From Octopus sinensis (lineage: Eukaryota): 64,000 nt of DNA. Shown piece by piece: positions 12,246-24,944 of the stretch; the first letter of the stretch is position 1, and the number at the start of each line of letters is the position of its first letter. The stretch covers positions 4,154,001 to 4,218,000 of the forward strand of contig NC_043012.1 in assembly GCF_006345805.1 (NCBI RefSeq). The letters run 5' to 3'. The notes beneath the pieces were generated by a model, which ran no database searches, was not told the DNA's origin, and saw nothing but the letters and a program-made list of their open reading frames with translations. Position numbers and translations under genes: made by a program.

Positions 12246-12784
12246 TATATATAATATGTGTGTGGGTGTGTGTATATGTATATCTATCTATCACATGGCT
12301 CCTAGTTCAATCATACTGCATATATCTATATATTATATATGCACATTATTATGAGTTCAGATATTTCTAAGGTCCATTTGCATTTCTTCCTTCAGGAATC
12401 AGTAAAATAAAGTACCAGTCAGTGACTTGTTTGAGGATGTGTGTGTATGTCTGTGTGAGGATGTGACAAACACCTGGTAAAAGGTTAAAATCTTAATGCA
12501 GTTGTTGTGTTGTATACACATTGATAATTCTGCTTGCAACAGTTTAGCTAACCGGTATAAACAGACCTTGCTTGAATTAAATTTTTTGCAATCCATCTGT
12601 CCTTTCACATGGAATTTCATTTGTCTTTTAAACCAAAGCTTTGAAGAGACTTATATAAATGGATAGGAATTGCTTATAAATCAATGTATAAAAGTTGAAA
12701 CAAATTGTTGGCTTTTTAATAATTTTTTATGTTATCTTATATAATATTATATTATATTATATTCATAGTATATTATGTTATATA

Positions 12785-13200
12785 CCCTTTTTACTCTCTT
12801 TTACTTGTTTCAGGACTTATTCTTTATAAGCTTAGTACTTATTCTATCGGTCTCTTTTGCTGAACCACTAAGTTATGGGGACTTAAACACACCAGCATCA
12901 GTTGTCAAGCGATGTTGGAGGGGACAAACACAGACACATAAACATACACACACACACACATATATATGGCTGCACCAGACTCCGGATCAGATTGGAGTCT
13001 GGTGCAGCCATCTGGTTCGCCAGACCTCAGTCAAATTGTCCAACCCATGTTAACATGGAAAGCGGATGTTAAACGATGATAATATACATATATACGATGA
13101 GCTTCTTTCAGTTTCCGTCTACAAAATCCACTCACAAGGCTTTGGTCGGCCTGAGGCTATAGTAGAAGACATTTGCCCAAGGTACCACGCAGTGGGACTG
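12785..13200 (-). mobile_element. tRNA-derived CORE-like SINE family A with a nested family C fragment (12968-13080, +) in its central microsatellite
   Basis: Matches the full copies at 23688 and 25861; the insertion sits in the (CA)(TA) core. Confidence 0.8.
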
Positions 13201-13239
13201 AAAATTATTATTTTGTCAATTGAATCTCTCTATTTAATT

Positions 13240-13541
<302 letters not shown>

Positions 13542-13596
13542 CGGTGCTCCAGCATGGCCGCAGTCAAATGACTGAAACAAGTAAAAGATTATATAT

Positions 13597-14031
13597 TATG
13601 TGAAATAGAAAGATGAATAATCTTGTAGCAGATTAATCAAAAGTTTAACCGATACCTTGGTAGCAAAAATCACAGCAGAAGACAGCACAGTTGGAGGTAC
13701 AACCATATGGTGTTGCAACCGTGCGTTGGTGCGGATAATTGAAATTAAAATATTATTGGTGAATTGAAGAAATGGAGCTGAACGAAGATTGAACAGAAAT
13801 CGTTTTATTTCATTCTACACGTGTTTCGAAAGGCACAATTTACCAAAATCCGATTGAATAATGAGACCATATTGTGTCTTTCTCTTCAGGAAGAAATAGG
13901 AAATCCGTTGGAAAAAACAGAACAGAGGCGGAGCAAAACAAATCGAACTAGGCTCCTAAGAGCCCATGGCAAAACTGTTTATCAGTACGATTTCTGTTCA
14001 ATCTTCGTTCAGCTCCATTTCTTCAATTCAC
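13597..14031 (-). mobile_element. Non-autonomous derivative (solo terminal repeat) of the Penelope-like element at 40-43 kb, with a 46-nt 5' inversion
   Basis: The reverse complement of 13597-13984 matches 43025-43270 and 40094-40399. 13987-14031 is an inverted copy of 13758-13803. Ends abut (TA)n. Confidence 0.85.
13807..13897 (-). ncRNA. Hammerhead ribozyme motif, family HH-D (best-folding copy)
   Basis: Minus strand: ATTTCTTC-CTGAAGA-GAAAGACACAA[..]TTGTGCCTTTC-GAAA-CACGTG-TA-GAATGAAAT. Stem I 8 bp with one bulge, extended stem II, stem III ACACGTGT, GUA triplet. Confidence 0.8.
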
Positions 14032-14038
14032 CTATATA

Positions 14039-14085
<47 letters not shown>

Positions 14086-14399
14086 ATATGTATGTATGTA
14101 TATATATATATGTATGTATATGTGTGTCTATAACATGGCTCTTAGTTCAATTCTACTGCATGGTACTTTGGACAAATGTCTTCTGTCATAGCTTCAGGTT
14201 AACAAATATCTTCTGAGTAGAATTGTGTAGATGAAAACTTTTCTGAGCTCAAATTCTACTGAGGTTGACTTAGCCTTTCATCTTTTTGGGGGTCAATGAA
14301 ATAAGCATCAGTTGAACACTGGGGGCAATTTAGTTGACTTACCTCCTCCTTTGAAGTTGCCGGTCCTGTGCCAAAATTCGAAACTAGATAGTGATGCTG

Positions 14400-14745
14400 A
14401 TAACATATTTTGTGGTGGTGGGCGCTGGGGATAAATGATGTTGGTTGTAATAATGAAGTTTGTGATAGTGGAGGTGATATTGATGTTGGGTAATAAGGAT
14501 GTATGTGCTAGTGGTGGTGGTGGTAGTGGTGGTAGAGGGTAATGATATTGGTGGTGTTGGCGGTAATAATGGTGTTTATGGTATTGATAGTGATGAGAAG
14601 GATGTGTAATGGTGTTGATGATGGTGATGGTGCTGGTGGTGTTTATGTTGTTGATAATGGTAGTGGTGTTATAATAACGGTAATTATACAAATGGCTGTC
14701 TTTGGCAGTGGTGATGGCAATGTTTGTAGTTGTGATGATGTTGGA
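14400..14745. repeat. G/T-rich trinucleotide low-complexity tract (GGT/GAT/TGT)
   Basis: Cryptic simple repeats; overlapping ORFs are biased toward Thr/His or Val. Confidence 0.8.
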
Positions 14746-15262
14746 TGATTCTGTGCAAATACCAGGATTCTCTTTTAAAAAAAATTATATATCTTATATC
14801 ATTCTATTTAATGACTAACGTCTGTATTTCTACCCCTGCCCCAACACCACCACCACCACCACCACCACCACCACCACAACCACCATCACGCTCATCATTA
14901 CTTCAACAGACAAACTGGTTTGCTTGCAATGTCCGCCATTATGGAATCTGAGGAATTTACTTGTCTTGCTCAGGAAACTTGTCTTTTTAATCAGTTCAAT
15001 CATGCTTGCTTCCTTGTTCGTTGAGATTTGATTTAAACAACCCAACGCCCCTACCCCACCTCCACCGCCACCCTCACGCCTCCCCCCTCCTACCCCTGCC
15101 ATTGCTATTGACTGTGCACCACCCTTTGTTCTGTTTACTCGAAATGGAAGCACATGGGGACGAATACGTAGATGCATTCGCTACACACAGCGGGTAAATA
15201 CAGGCATTCATGTACATACGTAAATATATGTATACATCCGCATACATATATATATGTATATA

Positions 15263-15305
<43 letters not shown>

Positions 15306-15964
15306 GCACATATAAATACATGTACTCATGCAAACGCACACTCTCACACTACTGTCGCAATTTGTAATAGTATGAAATGCTTATTTAAATGGCAAAATCG
15401 TTAAGCTTTGAGTGTAGATTTTTCTTAAACATCCTATTGTAATGCTTTGATGTTTCTCAAGAGATGTATGTCATTGTATTGTATTGTAAACCTCTTAGTT
15501 ACTTCTGTTGTGAGGCTCATGGCTAGTGATATTGTGAAGCTCTTGGTTGGTGGTGCTGTGATGTTTTTCAAAAGATTTCCTTGCTGTTGTGGTATTATGA
15601 GCTTCTTGGTTAGTTTCATTGTGAGGAGCATCTTCGTTGGTTTTGTTGTGAAGCTCATAATCTCATTTTGCTACTGGTTGTTTTATACCTGTTGTGATAA
15701 TTTCTGTAAAGATACACACATTCACGCACTCTCTCTCTCTCTCTGACACACACACATTTGTACATACAATGGGTTTCCACACAGTTTCTATCTACCAAAT
15801 TCACTTGCAAAGAATTGGGCTATAATAGGTGCCATGCAGTGGAAATGAACCTGAAACGACATAGTTGTAAAATGAGCTTCTTAACCAAGCACCCATTCTT
15901 GCACCTATATATATATATGAGAGAACAAAGTGTACGTATGCCACTATATATATATATATATATA

Positions 15965-16178
15965 TAAAAAATAAAATACAAAATGGGACAAGAACGCAAA
16001 ACTAGGTGATACAAAAAGTGATAACAAAACATCCAGATAGACGATACTAAAAAACACGGACGGGTCATTCAAAGCCTTTTATCTTCAGTCAAGAACCGGA
16101 TCATCCTTGCAATTTCAGCTGATTAATCTTGAGATTGCTCCAATCTGGCCCGCCCCAAGAAAAAACTAAGCTAAGAGC

Positions 16179-16182
<4 letters not shown>
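15965..16182 (-). mobile_element. (TA)n-inserted short element family F' (other copies ~35296-35480, 49392-49715, 59372-59550)
   Basis: Shared ggacaagaacgcaaaac...cacggacgggtcattc..atcttcagtcaagaaccggatcatcc...gattgctccaatctggcc. The 35.3-kb copy has a 24-bp terminal inversion. Confidence 0.7.
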
Positions 16183-16216
<34 letters not shown>

Positions 16217-16219
<3 letters not shown>

Positions 16220-16861
16220 CAGGTCATCCCATAAGTTCTGTCTGAATTTTGAATAAAGAAAACAAGTGATCAAATGTTATATTTAATTGAAATTTAATCA
16301 TCAATGTACTTTCCCTGATTATCTATGACTTGCTTCCATCTAGTTACAAGTTTTTTAATCCCATCAATGTAAAACTCTTTTGGTTTAAAAGCGAAGAACT
16401 CTGAAATGCCAGTTTCGACCTCCTCCTGGCTTGTGAAAGTTATGTCCCCCAAATATTTCTGTAAACTACAAAACGAATGGTAGTCTGAAGGAGCAAGGTC
16501 AGGAAAATAAGGTGGATGAAAAATTTTTTTCCAACCAAGCTCTTCGATCTTCTGTGATGTGATCTTTGCAGTGTGAAGTCACGCATTGTCCTGATGAAAC
16601 ATCACTCCTTTTTGATTCACTAAAGCGGGTCTTTTTTTCTTCAAAGCTTGGTTCAAAGGCTCTAATTGCTGATAGTATACTTGAGCATTGATTGTTGCAT
16701 TAGGTGGTGACAATTCAAAGTGAATTACTCCTTTACAATCCCACCAGATAGAGAGAAGAACCTTTTTTCCATGAAATTCCCTTCTTGGTTGTGGTTGAGT
16801 TTTTCCCCTTTTATCAACCCACTGTTTACGATGTTTAACATTTTGACAGAAGATCCATTTT
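16217..16861 (-). mobile_element. mariner (DD34D) transposon, 3' half with right TIR; pseudogenised transposase
   Basis: KWIFCQNVKHRKQW...FHGKKVLLSIWWDCKGVIHFEL...FHQDNA*LHT...GWKKIFHPPYFPDLAPSDYH...IDGIKKLVTRWKQVIDNQGKYIDD*, with 34 aa between the catalytic Asp residues. TA plus tcaggtcatcccataagttctgtc TIR at 16217. Confidence 0.92.
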
Positions 16862-16939
16862 ACAAAAAAACAAAAGGCAAAAGCGGATGTGTAAACAACA
16901 AACAGATCTATTAGTTTAATTCTCGGGAGGTGAGAAAGT

Positions 16940-16975
16940 CTTTTACGCTTCGAGCCTATGCTTTTCGACAGAAAG
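16940..16975 (-). ncRNA. HH-A hammerhead-like motif, degenerate (element ~16862-16990)
   Basis: Minus strand CTTT-CTGTCGA-AAAGCATAGGCTC-GAAG-CG-TA-AAAG. Confidence 0.45.
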
Positions 16976-16985
16976 GAACACAGAA

Positions 16986-17017
<32 letters not shown>

Positions 17018-17139
17018 GTGTGTGTGTAGATTGTCAGTGGATCATATATCCAAAAACGAAGCACGATCTAAAGGATAGAGCTGTAATGTATTTACATGTA
17101 GTTAAATATATGTCCAGTCATAGAGTGACTAATGGTTAG

Positions 17140-17645
17140 CCAAGTGAGACCGTAGGTGTGGCTTATGCTGGTGTCGCATGAGCAGCCCATTGGGCAATAA
17201 ACTATGCTTAAGAAGACTTGTTGAATCAAATGAAATCATTGTTGAATAAACGTTGAATAAAATACGCTTGAGATGACCTGTTCAGTCAAATGAAATCATT
17301 GTCATGGCCAATGCCTGGCTCCTGTGCCAGTGACACATAAAAAGCACTATTCAACCATGGCCGAAGCCAGTGCTGCCTAGCTGGTTCCTGTGCCGATGGC
17401 ACATAAAAAGCACTATTTGAGTGTGGTCGTTGCCAGTGCCACCTGACTGGCTCCCATGATGGTGGCATGTAAAAAGCACCCACTACACTCTTGGAGTGGT
17501 TGGCATTAGGAAGAGCATCCAGCTGTAGAAACTTTGCCTGATCAGATTGGGAGCCTGGTGTAGCCTTCTGGCTTGCCAGTCCTCAGTCAAACCATCCAAC
17601 CCATGCCAGCATGGACAGCAGATGTTAAACGATGATGATGATGAT
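17140..17645 (+). mobile_element. RTE-tailed retroposon (family C), long copy with internal duplications
   Basis: aaaaagcacccactacactcttggagtggttggcattaggaagagcatccagctgtag...ccaacccatgccagcatgg...ttaaacgatgatgatg. Confidence 0.85.
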
Positions 17646-17651
17646 TCTGTG

Positions 17652-17689
<38 letters not shown>

Positions 17690-18734
17690 ATTTTGAAGAA
17701 GGTTGAAGCAAGCAGGGTATAGGTGGTCCATCATGTGGTGCTCAGATAAATCTGAAACTTAAATTATGACTCCTTTATCCTGGGTAGGTAGTGCTGTTGT
17801 AGGTAGTTGGCTATAAAAAAGATTTTCATTGAGTAGGCATTGAAGTAAGAATGTCATAAACAAATTTAGGTTTGAGGAGTGTATTTACATGCAAGGTTGT
17901 GAATGAAAATAAACAAAGAGGAATGATGTAATCGTCTTATCTTTACTCACCCATACAAACACTCATACACAAACACACACACAAAGACATACACATGTGT
18001 GTATGTTAAAGAGCTTTTGTGTTTAAACATGAACACGGCATCTGTTAAAAGGTATCTAGCCAGATGCCAAAATATAGAAGTTACAAATCTTTGTTAACGA
18101 TATATCTTGGAGTGAATTCAGCTATAAATAATAGCTTTATGATACCCTTTGGATAGAAAAGAAGGTAGGAAGCTGTGTGTGGAACTTGAACCACGTTTGC
18201 TCCAAGATTCTATTTACATATTTCTTGATTCTTCTCTTTAATTAGAAGATACAATTTCTTTTCAAGACCTTCTCATAGAAAACATCTCTTAGTTGCATGT
18301 TCAAAACAAACTGTTATTGTTTGTTCCTTGGACAGTCCTGGGATACATTACAATCGAATGCATCCCACTAATGACCATTCCATTTACCCTTTTCCCAATT
18401 TGACCTTCTTAAGATGATCAGGTGGAATTTTTGCTACTGTCTCTAGTGAGTTGAGCACCATTTATAGAGGTTCCTATGGTTTACTTTATATAAAGAAACT
18501 CCCATTCAACTCATGCCAGCATGAAAAACAAATATTAAACAAAAGATATTGCGATATATTTTTAAAAAACAACAAGAAATTAACAAAACTTTATTACACT
18601 TTTGTCTTCATAAAAGCAGTTAGGCAAAAACCATTGTGGATTCATATTGTATTATATGCTAACCTCTAATTTTAATCTTGATTTTGGTGCAAAAAGTGCT
18701 CATGGAGGTTAATGGTATACTTACATAATTGTGA

Positions 18735-19050
18735 GTGAAAGTCCACGGCTTAGTGTTAAGCGTATTTGGCTCAAAATTGTAAGGTCATGAGTTTTATTCC
18801 TTGAGCAAGAAGACACTTTATTTCACATTGCTCCAGTCCACTCAGCTGGCAGAAATGACTTGTATCTTTATTTCAAAGGGCCAGCCTTGTCACAGTCTGT
18901 GTCTCACTGAATCTCCCTGAGGACTATGTTAAGGGTACATGCGTTTGTGGAGCACTCAGCCACTTGCACATTAATTTCATGTGCAGGTTGTTCTGTTGAT
19001 CGGATCAACTGGAACCCCTAACATTACAACTGACAGAGTGCCAGTTATGT
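18735..19050 (+). mobile_element. tRNA-headed SINE family E, near full length
   Basis: Head cggcttagtgttaag...gtaaggtcatgagttt; body ttgagcaag..ttgctccagtccactcagctggc...gggccagccttgtcac...ttaatttcatgtgcagg...gatcaactggaaccc. Confidence 0.75.
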
Positions 19051-19059
19051 AAATGGTGA

Positions 19060-19285
19060 GCAAACCATGGAGCTTGTATGTGGTCTCTTGACTTACTAGA
19101 AGTGGCAGTTAAACCTCCTTCAACTTGCACTTCATCATCTTAAAAAAAGGAAGGACATGCATTACATGATAATGTAGTCTTAAGAAAACACCCTCTCCCA
19201 AAAATGTTGGGATGGGCATGGCTTGTAATGTCTTTGTTTATAGTCTGCACACACCAGGATTGACCTGGAATTAAATAATAATACC
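19060..19285 (+). mobile_element. Interspersed repeat family F (also ~475-560 -, 19765-19830 -, 29860-30030 +, 58950-59110 +)
   Basis: Shared tagaa(a/g)tagcag..aa..ctcc.tcaaatcacaccct...gataatgtagtc...gggatgg.catggct.gaatg.ctttg...gacctgg motif string. Confidence 0.55.
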
Positions 19286-20339
19286 TTAGTTGCTTAGTCG
19301 ATTATTCTATTTTATAATGACTTTGTTGAATCTGAGAGACACTTCCGTTCTAGCTTGGTTCCCTTCCCTGACACCTACTCATGTCGTTACCTTGTGGACT
19401 GCACGTACTGCATAAAATCTCCTTTTTTGTATATAAAATCAATAGAGACAAGATATCTGATAAGGTGAAATATATTATTCCTGTCCCTCCCCCAATCATT
19501 CTTTTGCAGTGATTCATTCCTTGATATGTTTGTCATCATCTCACTCCTAGTGTCATAAGTGACATAACTCCTTTCCCTTTGCCTGCTTTGCCCCCTTTGC
19601 CTTTTTAACCCATTTCTGTTCCCAGCCCAGTAACGTCTTCAAGTTGGATGTCTTCAAAGCATTTTTTGCTTTTTCACAGAATTAAACAATGTATTTATTT
19701 ATCAATTTAACAATTCACCGATATGTTTAGGCTATTTTTCTGCACCCTCAGTTATTTATTGTTGTTATTGTAGTCTAGCTTATGACCAAAGGCTTTTCAG
19801 CCATGACCATCTTGTCTTGTTGTTTTAGATACAGTACACAGTGTTTCAAAGAGGGTTCAATGAAAATAAATTCTAGGGTTCAGCAAGATAAGATGTCTTT
19901 GAATAAAATTTAGTGATTTATTGTATTAAACAAAGGCTGTTCACCACTTTCAGAATAAATGAGGTGCAGGCCTTGTTGTATGGTTAAGAAGTTTGTTTCT
20001 CAACCATGTGGTTTTGGGTTCAGTTCCACATGTGACACCTTGGACAAGTGTTTTTTGCTACTGCCCTGGTCTAACGAAAGCCTAGTCCAGTCTTCTTACA
20101 GTTCCAAATATACACTGCTCTGGATTGGTACTTGTTTTTATCAGCTGCATAAGGATGGAGAAGCTGAGTTGATCGCAGCAGGATTTGAACTCAGATCACA
20201 GCGAGGCTGGATAAGTTCTGTGAAGTACTCTTGCTAATTTCTATTATGTGTTATCATCAATATAATCCTGAGTCTTCCATTATCATCTGTTATCAAATTA
20301 ATCCATTCAGGAGATCTTTCTATAATTACTGATTTATCT

Positions 20340-20720
20340 TTCGTACTTTACTTGTTTCAGTCATTGGACTGTGGCCATGTCGAGGCACCACCTTGAAAGG
20401 TTCAATTAAATAAATTGACCTCTGTATTTATTTATTAAAGTCTGGTTTTTATTCTGTCAGCTTCCTTTGCCTAACTGTTAAGTTATGGGGATGTAAACAA
20501 ACCAACGCCAGTTGTCAAGGCTGTGGACAAACATACACAGACACATGCAGACATGTACATATATGGTGGGATTCCACACAGTTTCCATCTACCAAATTCA
20601 CTCACAAGCATTGGTCAGTCTGAGGTGAAGGTAGTCTGAGTAGAAGACATCTGCCCAAGGTACTATGCAATGGGACTGAACCCAGATCCATTTGGCTGTA
20701 GTTAAAACGTTTGCTGCACA
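20340..20720 (-). mobile_element. SINE family A copy
   Basis: tacttgtttcagtcattggactgtggccatg...taagttatggggatgtaaacaaacca...tttccatctaccaaattcactcacaagc...tgcccaagg...gggactgaaccc. Confidence 0.8.
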
Positions 20721-21549
20721 ACTATATGGTTCTGCATGGAACCTGAGGCATGAGTCTTCTACCATAGGCTTGAGTTGACCAGAATCTTGTAAATGGACTT
20801 TGGCAATAGGAAAGTATGCCAAATCTTGTATGCATTTAAGTGTGTGCGTACATATGTGCATGCGTGTGTGTGTGTGTGTGTGTGTTTCATTGATGTGTAA
20901 TTTCAAATAAAAAAAAATACCCTGTGTGATATTTGTTCCCTCTAAATTCCACAGACAATCCCCTTGTCAGTTTTGGCTAGTTCGAAAGAAAATACAGTGA
21001 GCCTTCCGATTGGCCCTGTTGGTAGCCAGTAACCAATGGCAATAGATTCACCACTTCCATATCTATTTGTTAGCATTGTTCCAATCCACGCATATTTATT
21101 TGCACAAACAAGTAACATAATGCATAAACCGTAGCTGTTGCTTATCACTTCTCTGCCACCACCACCACAGCATAGCCCCACCTCTCCTTCTCATATATGA
21201 CTAATTCAACAACAGCAACAACGAGGTCTTTCATGTTTTTGTTGTGCATTATTTTTATAATGTTTTGGTATTGTAATATTCCATTCTGTTCTATTCTGTG
21301 ATGCTATTATCATCAATTAAATATTAATTTTTTTTTCTTCTGGCTATGTTTATATATATATACATTTTTTTGAAATGCATTTTATTGCATTTTTATAGAA
21401 ATGTATTTTTGCTGCTGCTGCTGATGATGTTTTTTTTTTTATTTTTGCTGTTAATTGATCATATAATTATTTAGTTGCTCGTCAAAAATGATGTACTTGT
21501 GTGTTTGAGTGTGGTGGAGAAAAGCAATGGGGGAGAATGCAATAGCAGT

Positions 21550-21768
21550 ATTCTTTTCTACTCTGGGCACAAGGCCCGAAATTTTTGGGGAAGGGGGCAG
21601 TTGATTAGATTGATCCCAGTATGCAACTGGTACTTAATTTATCGATCCCGAAAGGATGAAAGGCAAAGTCGACCTCGGTGGAATTTGAACTCAGAACGTA
21701 AAGACAGATGAAATACTGCTAAGCATTTTGCCTGGCATGCTAACATTTCTGCCAGCTCGCTGCCTTTG
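21550..21768 (-). mobile_element. SINE family B, full copy
   Basis: ttttctactctgggcacaaggcccgaaatt...gatcccagtatgcaactggtactt...gtggaatttgaactcagaacg...tgccagctcgctgcctt. Confidence 0.85.
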
Positions 21769-22744
21769 AAATAAGCAGTATTAATCAGTTAATCATATAA
21801 TGAAACCAACCATGTAATTATCCCCCTTACTTATGTTTTCTATGTTGTGTTTATGTGTTACATTCTGATAAATAGTCACTTCTGGTGTTTTATTCTACTA
21901 AACGGTTTGTTGGCTTTGTTTGAATAATACCATGCAAAAGGCTAAAGAGCCAGAAACAGCTGTCTGGGAATCCGAAGTGAGGAAGCAGTGAGCCACGTAA
22001 AAATCACCCAGTAAACTGTGTGAAGTGGTTGGCATCAGGAAGGGCATCCCAGCTGTAGAAACCAAGCCAAAACAGACTATAGAACTGGGTGTGGCCCCTG
22101 GCCTTGTCAGTTCCTATCAAGCAGTACAACCCATGCCAGCATAGAAAATGGACATTAACCAGGGATAATGATGATGATGATGTAGACTGCATTCTGATTT
22201 CAAATCCTGGCAGGGTTGAGAAACCGTTAGGCATGTCCTGGGGTTAACTCATTTTGGCTATCCCCTGCTCTCCTCTCTTTGTATCTCTCTCAAAAGTTTT
22301 TGGTGGTGGTGGTGGTGGTTATAGGGACGTTCATGTTGGGCTTTAATAAAAAGTGAATGAATAATAATTCAATATGATTTTTAACAATGCTCGAAAACAA
22401 AATTTTCTTTTGTCCTTTTATTTAATTAAATTTCTTCTCTATTACATGGCTATATAGAAACAAACTAAATTTATGATTATGGAAGATTTTAAATGGCATT
22501 TTTATTGATTCCACCTGCCTTTTTTTGTATTTGTTTTTATGTTTCTTTTTTTTTCTTCTCTCCTTAAATTTATTACCCAAATGACCTAATAACACAGATT
22601 TAACTGTAAGTACATAGAAATTGCTTTCAAATTTTGAAATAAGGCCATCAATTTTGAAGGAAGGAGTCAAGTCTATTACACCAATCCCAGTGCTCAACTG
22701 GTACTTATTTTATCGACCCCGAGGGGATGAAAGTCTTTCGGTAA

Positions 22745-23005
22745 AAGCATGTCTGATCATGTGGAAGTATTAGCTTGCTTGGAAATTGGTGAGGGTTGAC
22801 AACATGTAAGGTAACAGACCATAGAAAATCTGCCTCGGCAAATCTTGTCTGGCCCATGAAAATATGGAAAAGTGGGCATTAAAATGAAGAAACTGGTGAG
22901 AGTTGGTAACACAAAAGGCAAGAGACCATAGAAAATTTGTCTCAGCAAATCTTGTTTAACCCGTGGAAACATGGAAAAAGGCAGGCATTAAAATGATGAT
23001 GATGA
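22745..23005 (+). mobile_element. RTE-tailed family D element with a duplicated 3' end (other copies 10845-11000 -, 31590-31745 +, 46790-47010 +, 53480-53565 -, 60780-60920 +)
   Basis: ttgcttggaaa..ggtgagggttg.caac...tagaaaatctgcctcggcaaat...cccatg...catggaaaa...cattaaaatgatgatg. Confidence 0.7.
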
Positions 23006-23068
23006 CACAAACTTCTTACAACTTCCGTCTATCAAATTCACTTTCTTGGTTTTGGTTGGCCTGGAATT

Positions 23069-23330
23069 ATGACACTTAACAAGAGCTTTGAAAAGAAGTT
23101 TGGTGGTACAAACACAAGAATGCTTTGTGCAGTTCGCAACCTTTCTTGGCAACAACAACTTACAAAGCCACAGCTGTATGGCAGTATTCCCATCATCACC
23201 TCAGTAACCAGAAACAGACAGACACACATTTTGCAGGACACTGCTAGAGAAGCCAAGATGAAATATCCAGCAATCTTCTTCTCTGGAAACCCATGCATGG
23301 GCCTACAGCTATTGGCAGGCTAAGAAGTGC
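23069..23330 (+). pseudogene. RTE/RTEX-type LINE ORF2 C-terminal fragment
   Basis: TLNKSFEKKFGGTNTRMLCAVRNLSWQQQLTKPQLYGSIPIITSVTRNR, then after a frameshift HFAGHC.RSQDEISSNLLLWKP. This matches the post-RT segment LDGTYTRMLR...ISW...RFAGHC...LLLW of RTE-like LINEs. Confidence 0.75.
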
Positions 23331-23687
23331 ATATATTGATCAACTTGTGGACCACACTGGATATTGGGTTGAGGATATGAAAACTGTTAGGAAGATTGGA
23401 ACATCCAGCTAAGAAAAATTGCATTGGTCTGGGTAAGTCACCCAAACAGGATAAATGGATGGCTTATAATTATTACAGGCATGACTGTGTGTTGCGTAGT
23501 AGGAGAGAACTCAAAGCCACTTGGGCTTTTGGTATATCTTTCTGAAATAGACACAGATTAACAACATTCTATCCATCTTTGGTACCGCTGTATGTCTTGT
23601 GAAACTGGATCCAGACCTGGGAAGCCCCTCTTAAGGTCCCAGTCCAAGCTATTTATTATTTTCTTTTATAAGGAAATCCAGTAGTTT

Positions 23688-24070
23688 ATTCTTTTACTTG
23701 TTTCAGTCATTTGACTGTGGCCATGCTGGAGCACTGCCTTTAGTCGAGCAAATTGACTCCAGGACTTATTCTTTGTAAGCCTAGTACTTATTCTTTCGGT
23801 CCTTTTTGCCAAACCGCTAAGTTAGGGGACATAAACACACCAGCATCAGTTGTCAAGTGATGTTGAGGGGACAAACACACAAATACACTCACACACACAC
23901 ACACATATATAAATGGGCTTCTTTCAGTTTTCATCTACCAAATCCACTCACAAGGCTTTGGCTGGCCCGAGGCTATAGTAGAAGACACTTGCCCAAGGTG
24001 CCATGTAGTGGGACTGAACTCAGAACTGTGTGGTTGGTAAGCAAACTACTTACCACACAGCCACTCCTGC
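23688..24070 (-). mobile_element. SINE family A, full copy
   Basis: Head (minus strand) ggagtggctgtgtggtaagtag..ggttc.gagttcagtcccact..ggcaccttgggcaagtgtc, with A box, B box and CORE-like ccttgggcaagt; central (TA)(TG) microsatellite; tail tgactgaaacaagtaaaag. Confidence 0.9.
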
Positions 24071-24944
24071 ACTTACAGTTGTCTATGCATGTTTCCCCTC
24101 TCCATGACAAAGGAATAGTAAGGATTAATACAGCTCGGCACCAGTGTCATCTTAGGTGTCAGAATGTAAAGAGCTGGAACTGATGTTGCAAGACATTCTA
24201 TCTTGTTACACTGGCCCTTTTACCAATTTGCTGCTGTTATGACTATATCACACAACATTCATGGACACAGACATACACATGTACCCCTCCACCCACACAG
24301 ACACATATATATGCACACATTTTCAACCACACACGCACATGCGTGAAGAGAAAAAGAAAAGTATTTTCAAGGAGAGCTAAAATATTTCTAATTTTGGTAC
24401 AAAGCCAGTAATTTTTGTGGAGGGGTTAAGTTGGTTACATTGACCCCAGTGCTCAACTGGTACTTATTTTATTGACCCCCCCCCCCAAAAAAAAAGGACA
24501 AAAGGCACAGTAGACCTTGCCAGAATTTGAACTCAGAATGTAAAGAACCAGAAGAAATCCTGCTAATCATTTTCTCCAGTACACTAATGATTCAGCTAGA
24601 TTTTTTTTTACTAAAGTAATGTAATTAAATATGCATAGAAAATACACTCAAACATATGACTGCTATTTTTAGTGGATCAAGCAACCATATCAAATTCCCT
24701 CATCTGCTTAAGAGATGATGTGCTGTTGTCAATTTTTTATTTCTTATAGTATCTTTAGTTTGATTCTATAATTATTTAATTGTTTTTTTCTTTTCTAATT
24801 CACAGTTCTGGCTGTTCTAAAAAGGCTATCAAAAGAGCTTACCATTTCCTGTGTCAGCAATGTGCCGAAAACAGACAAATATGTCCAAAATGTGTTAAAA
24901 ACCGTGTTGCAACAAAGAAAAATGATGAAGCGTAAGTATATAAT

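Noticed and set aside
15143-15197. Possible first exon MEAHGDEYVDAFATHSG followed by gtaaat
   Set aside because: The donor site is weak, there is no recognisable homology, and no downstream exon was found.
16060-16110. Hammerhead in family F' (CTGA(A/G)GA...GAAT conserved in 4 copies: ~16.08, 35.39, 49.48, 59.51 kb)
   Set aside because: Stems I and II could not be closed and GAAA is replaced by GAAT/AAAT. It is suggestive but not supportable without a covariance analysis.
18000-18480. Possible decayed coding or TE sequence
   Set aside because: All frames contain many stops and I could not recognise any diagnostic motif.
21009-21037. Divergent CCAAT boxes as a promoter
   Set aside because: Short motifs are expected by chance in 64 kb, and there is no associated gene or CpG island.
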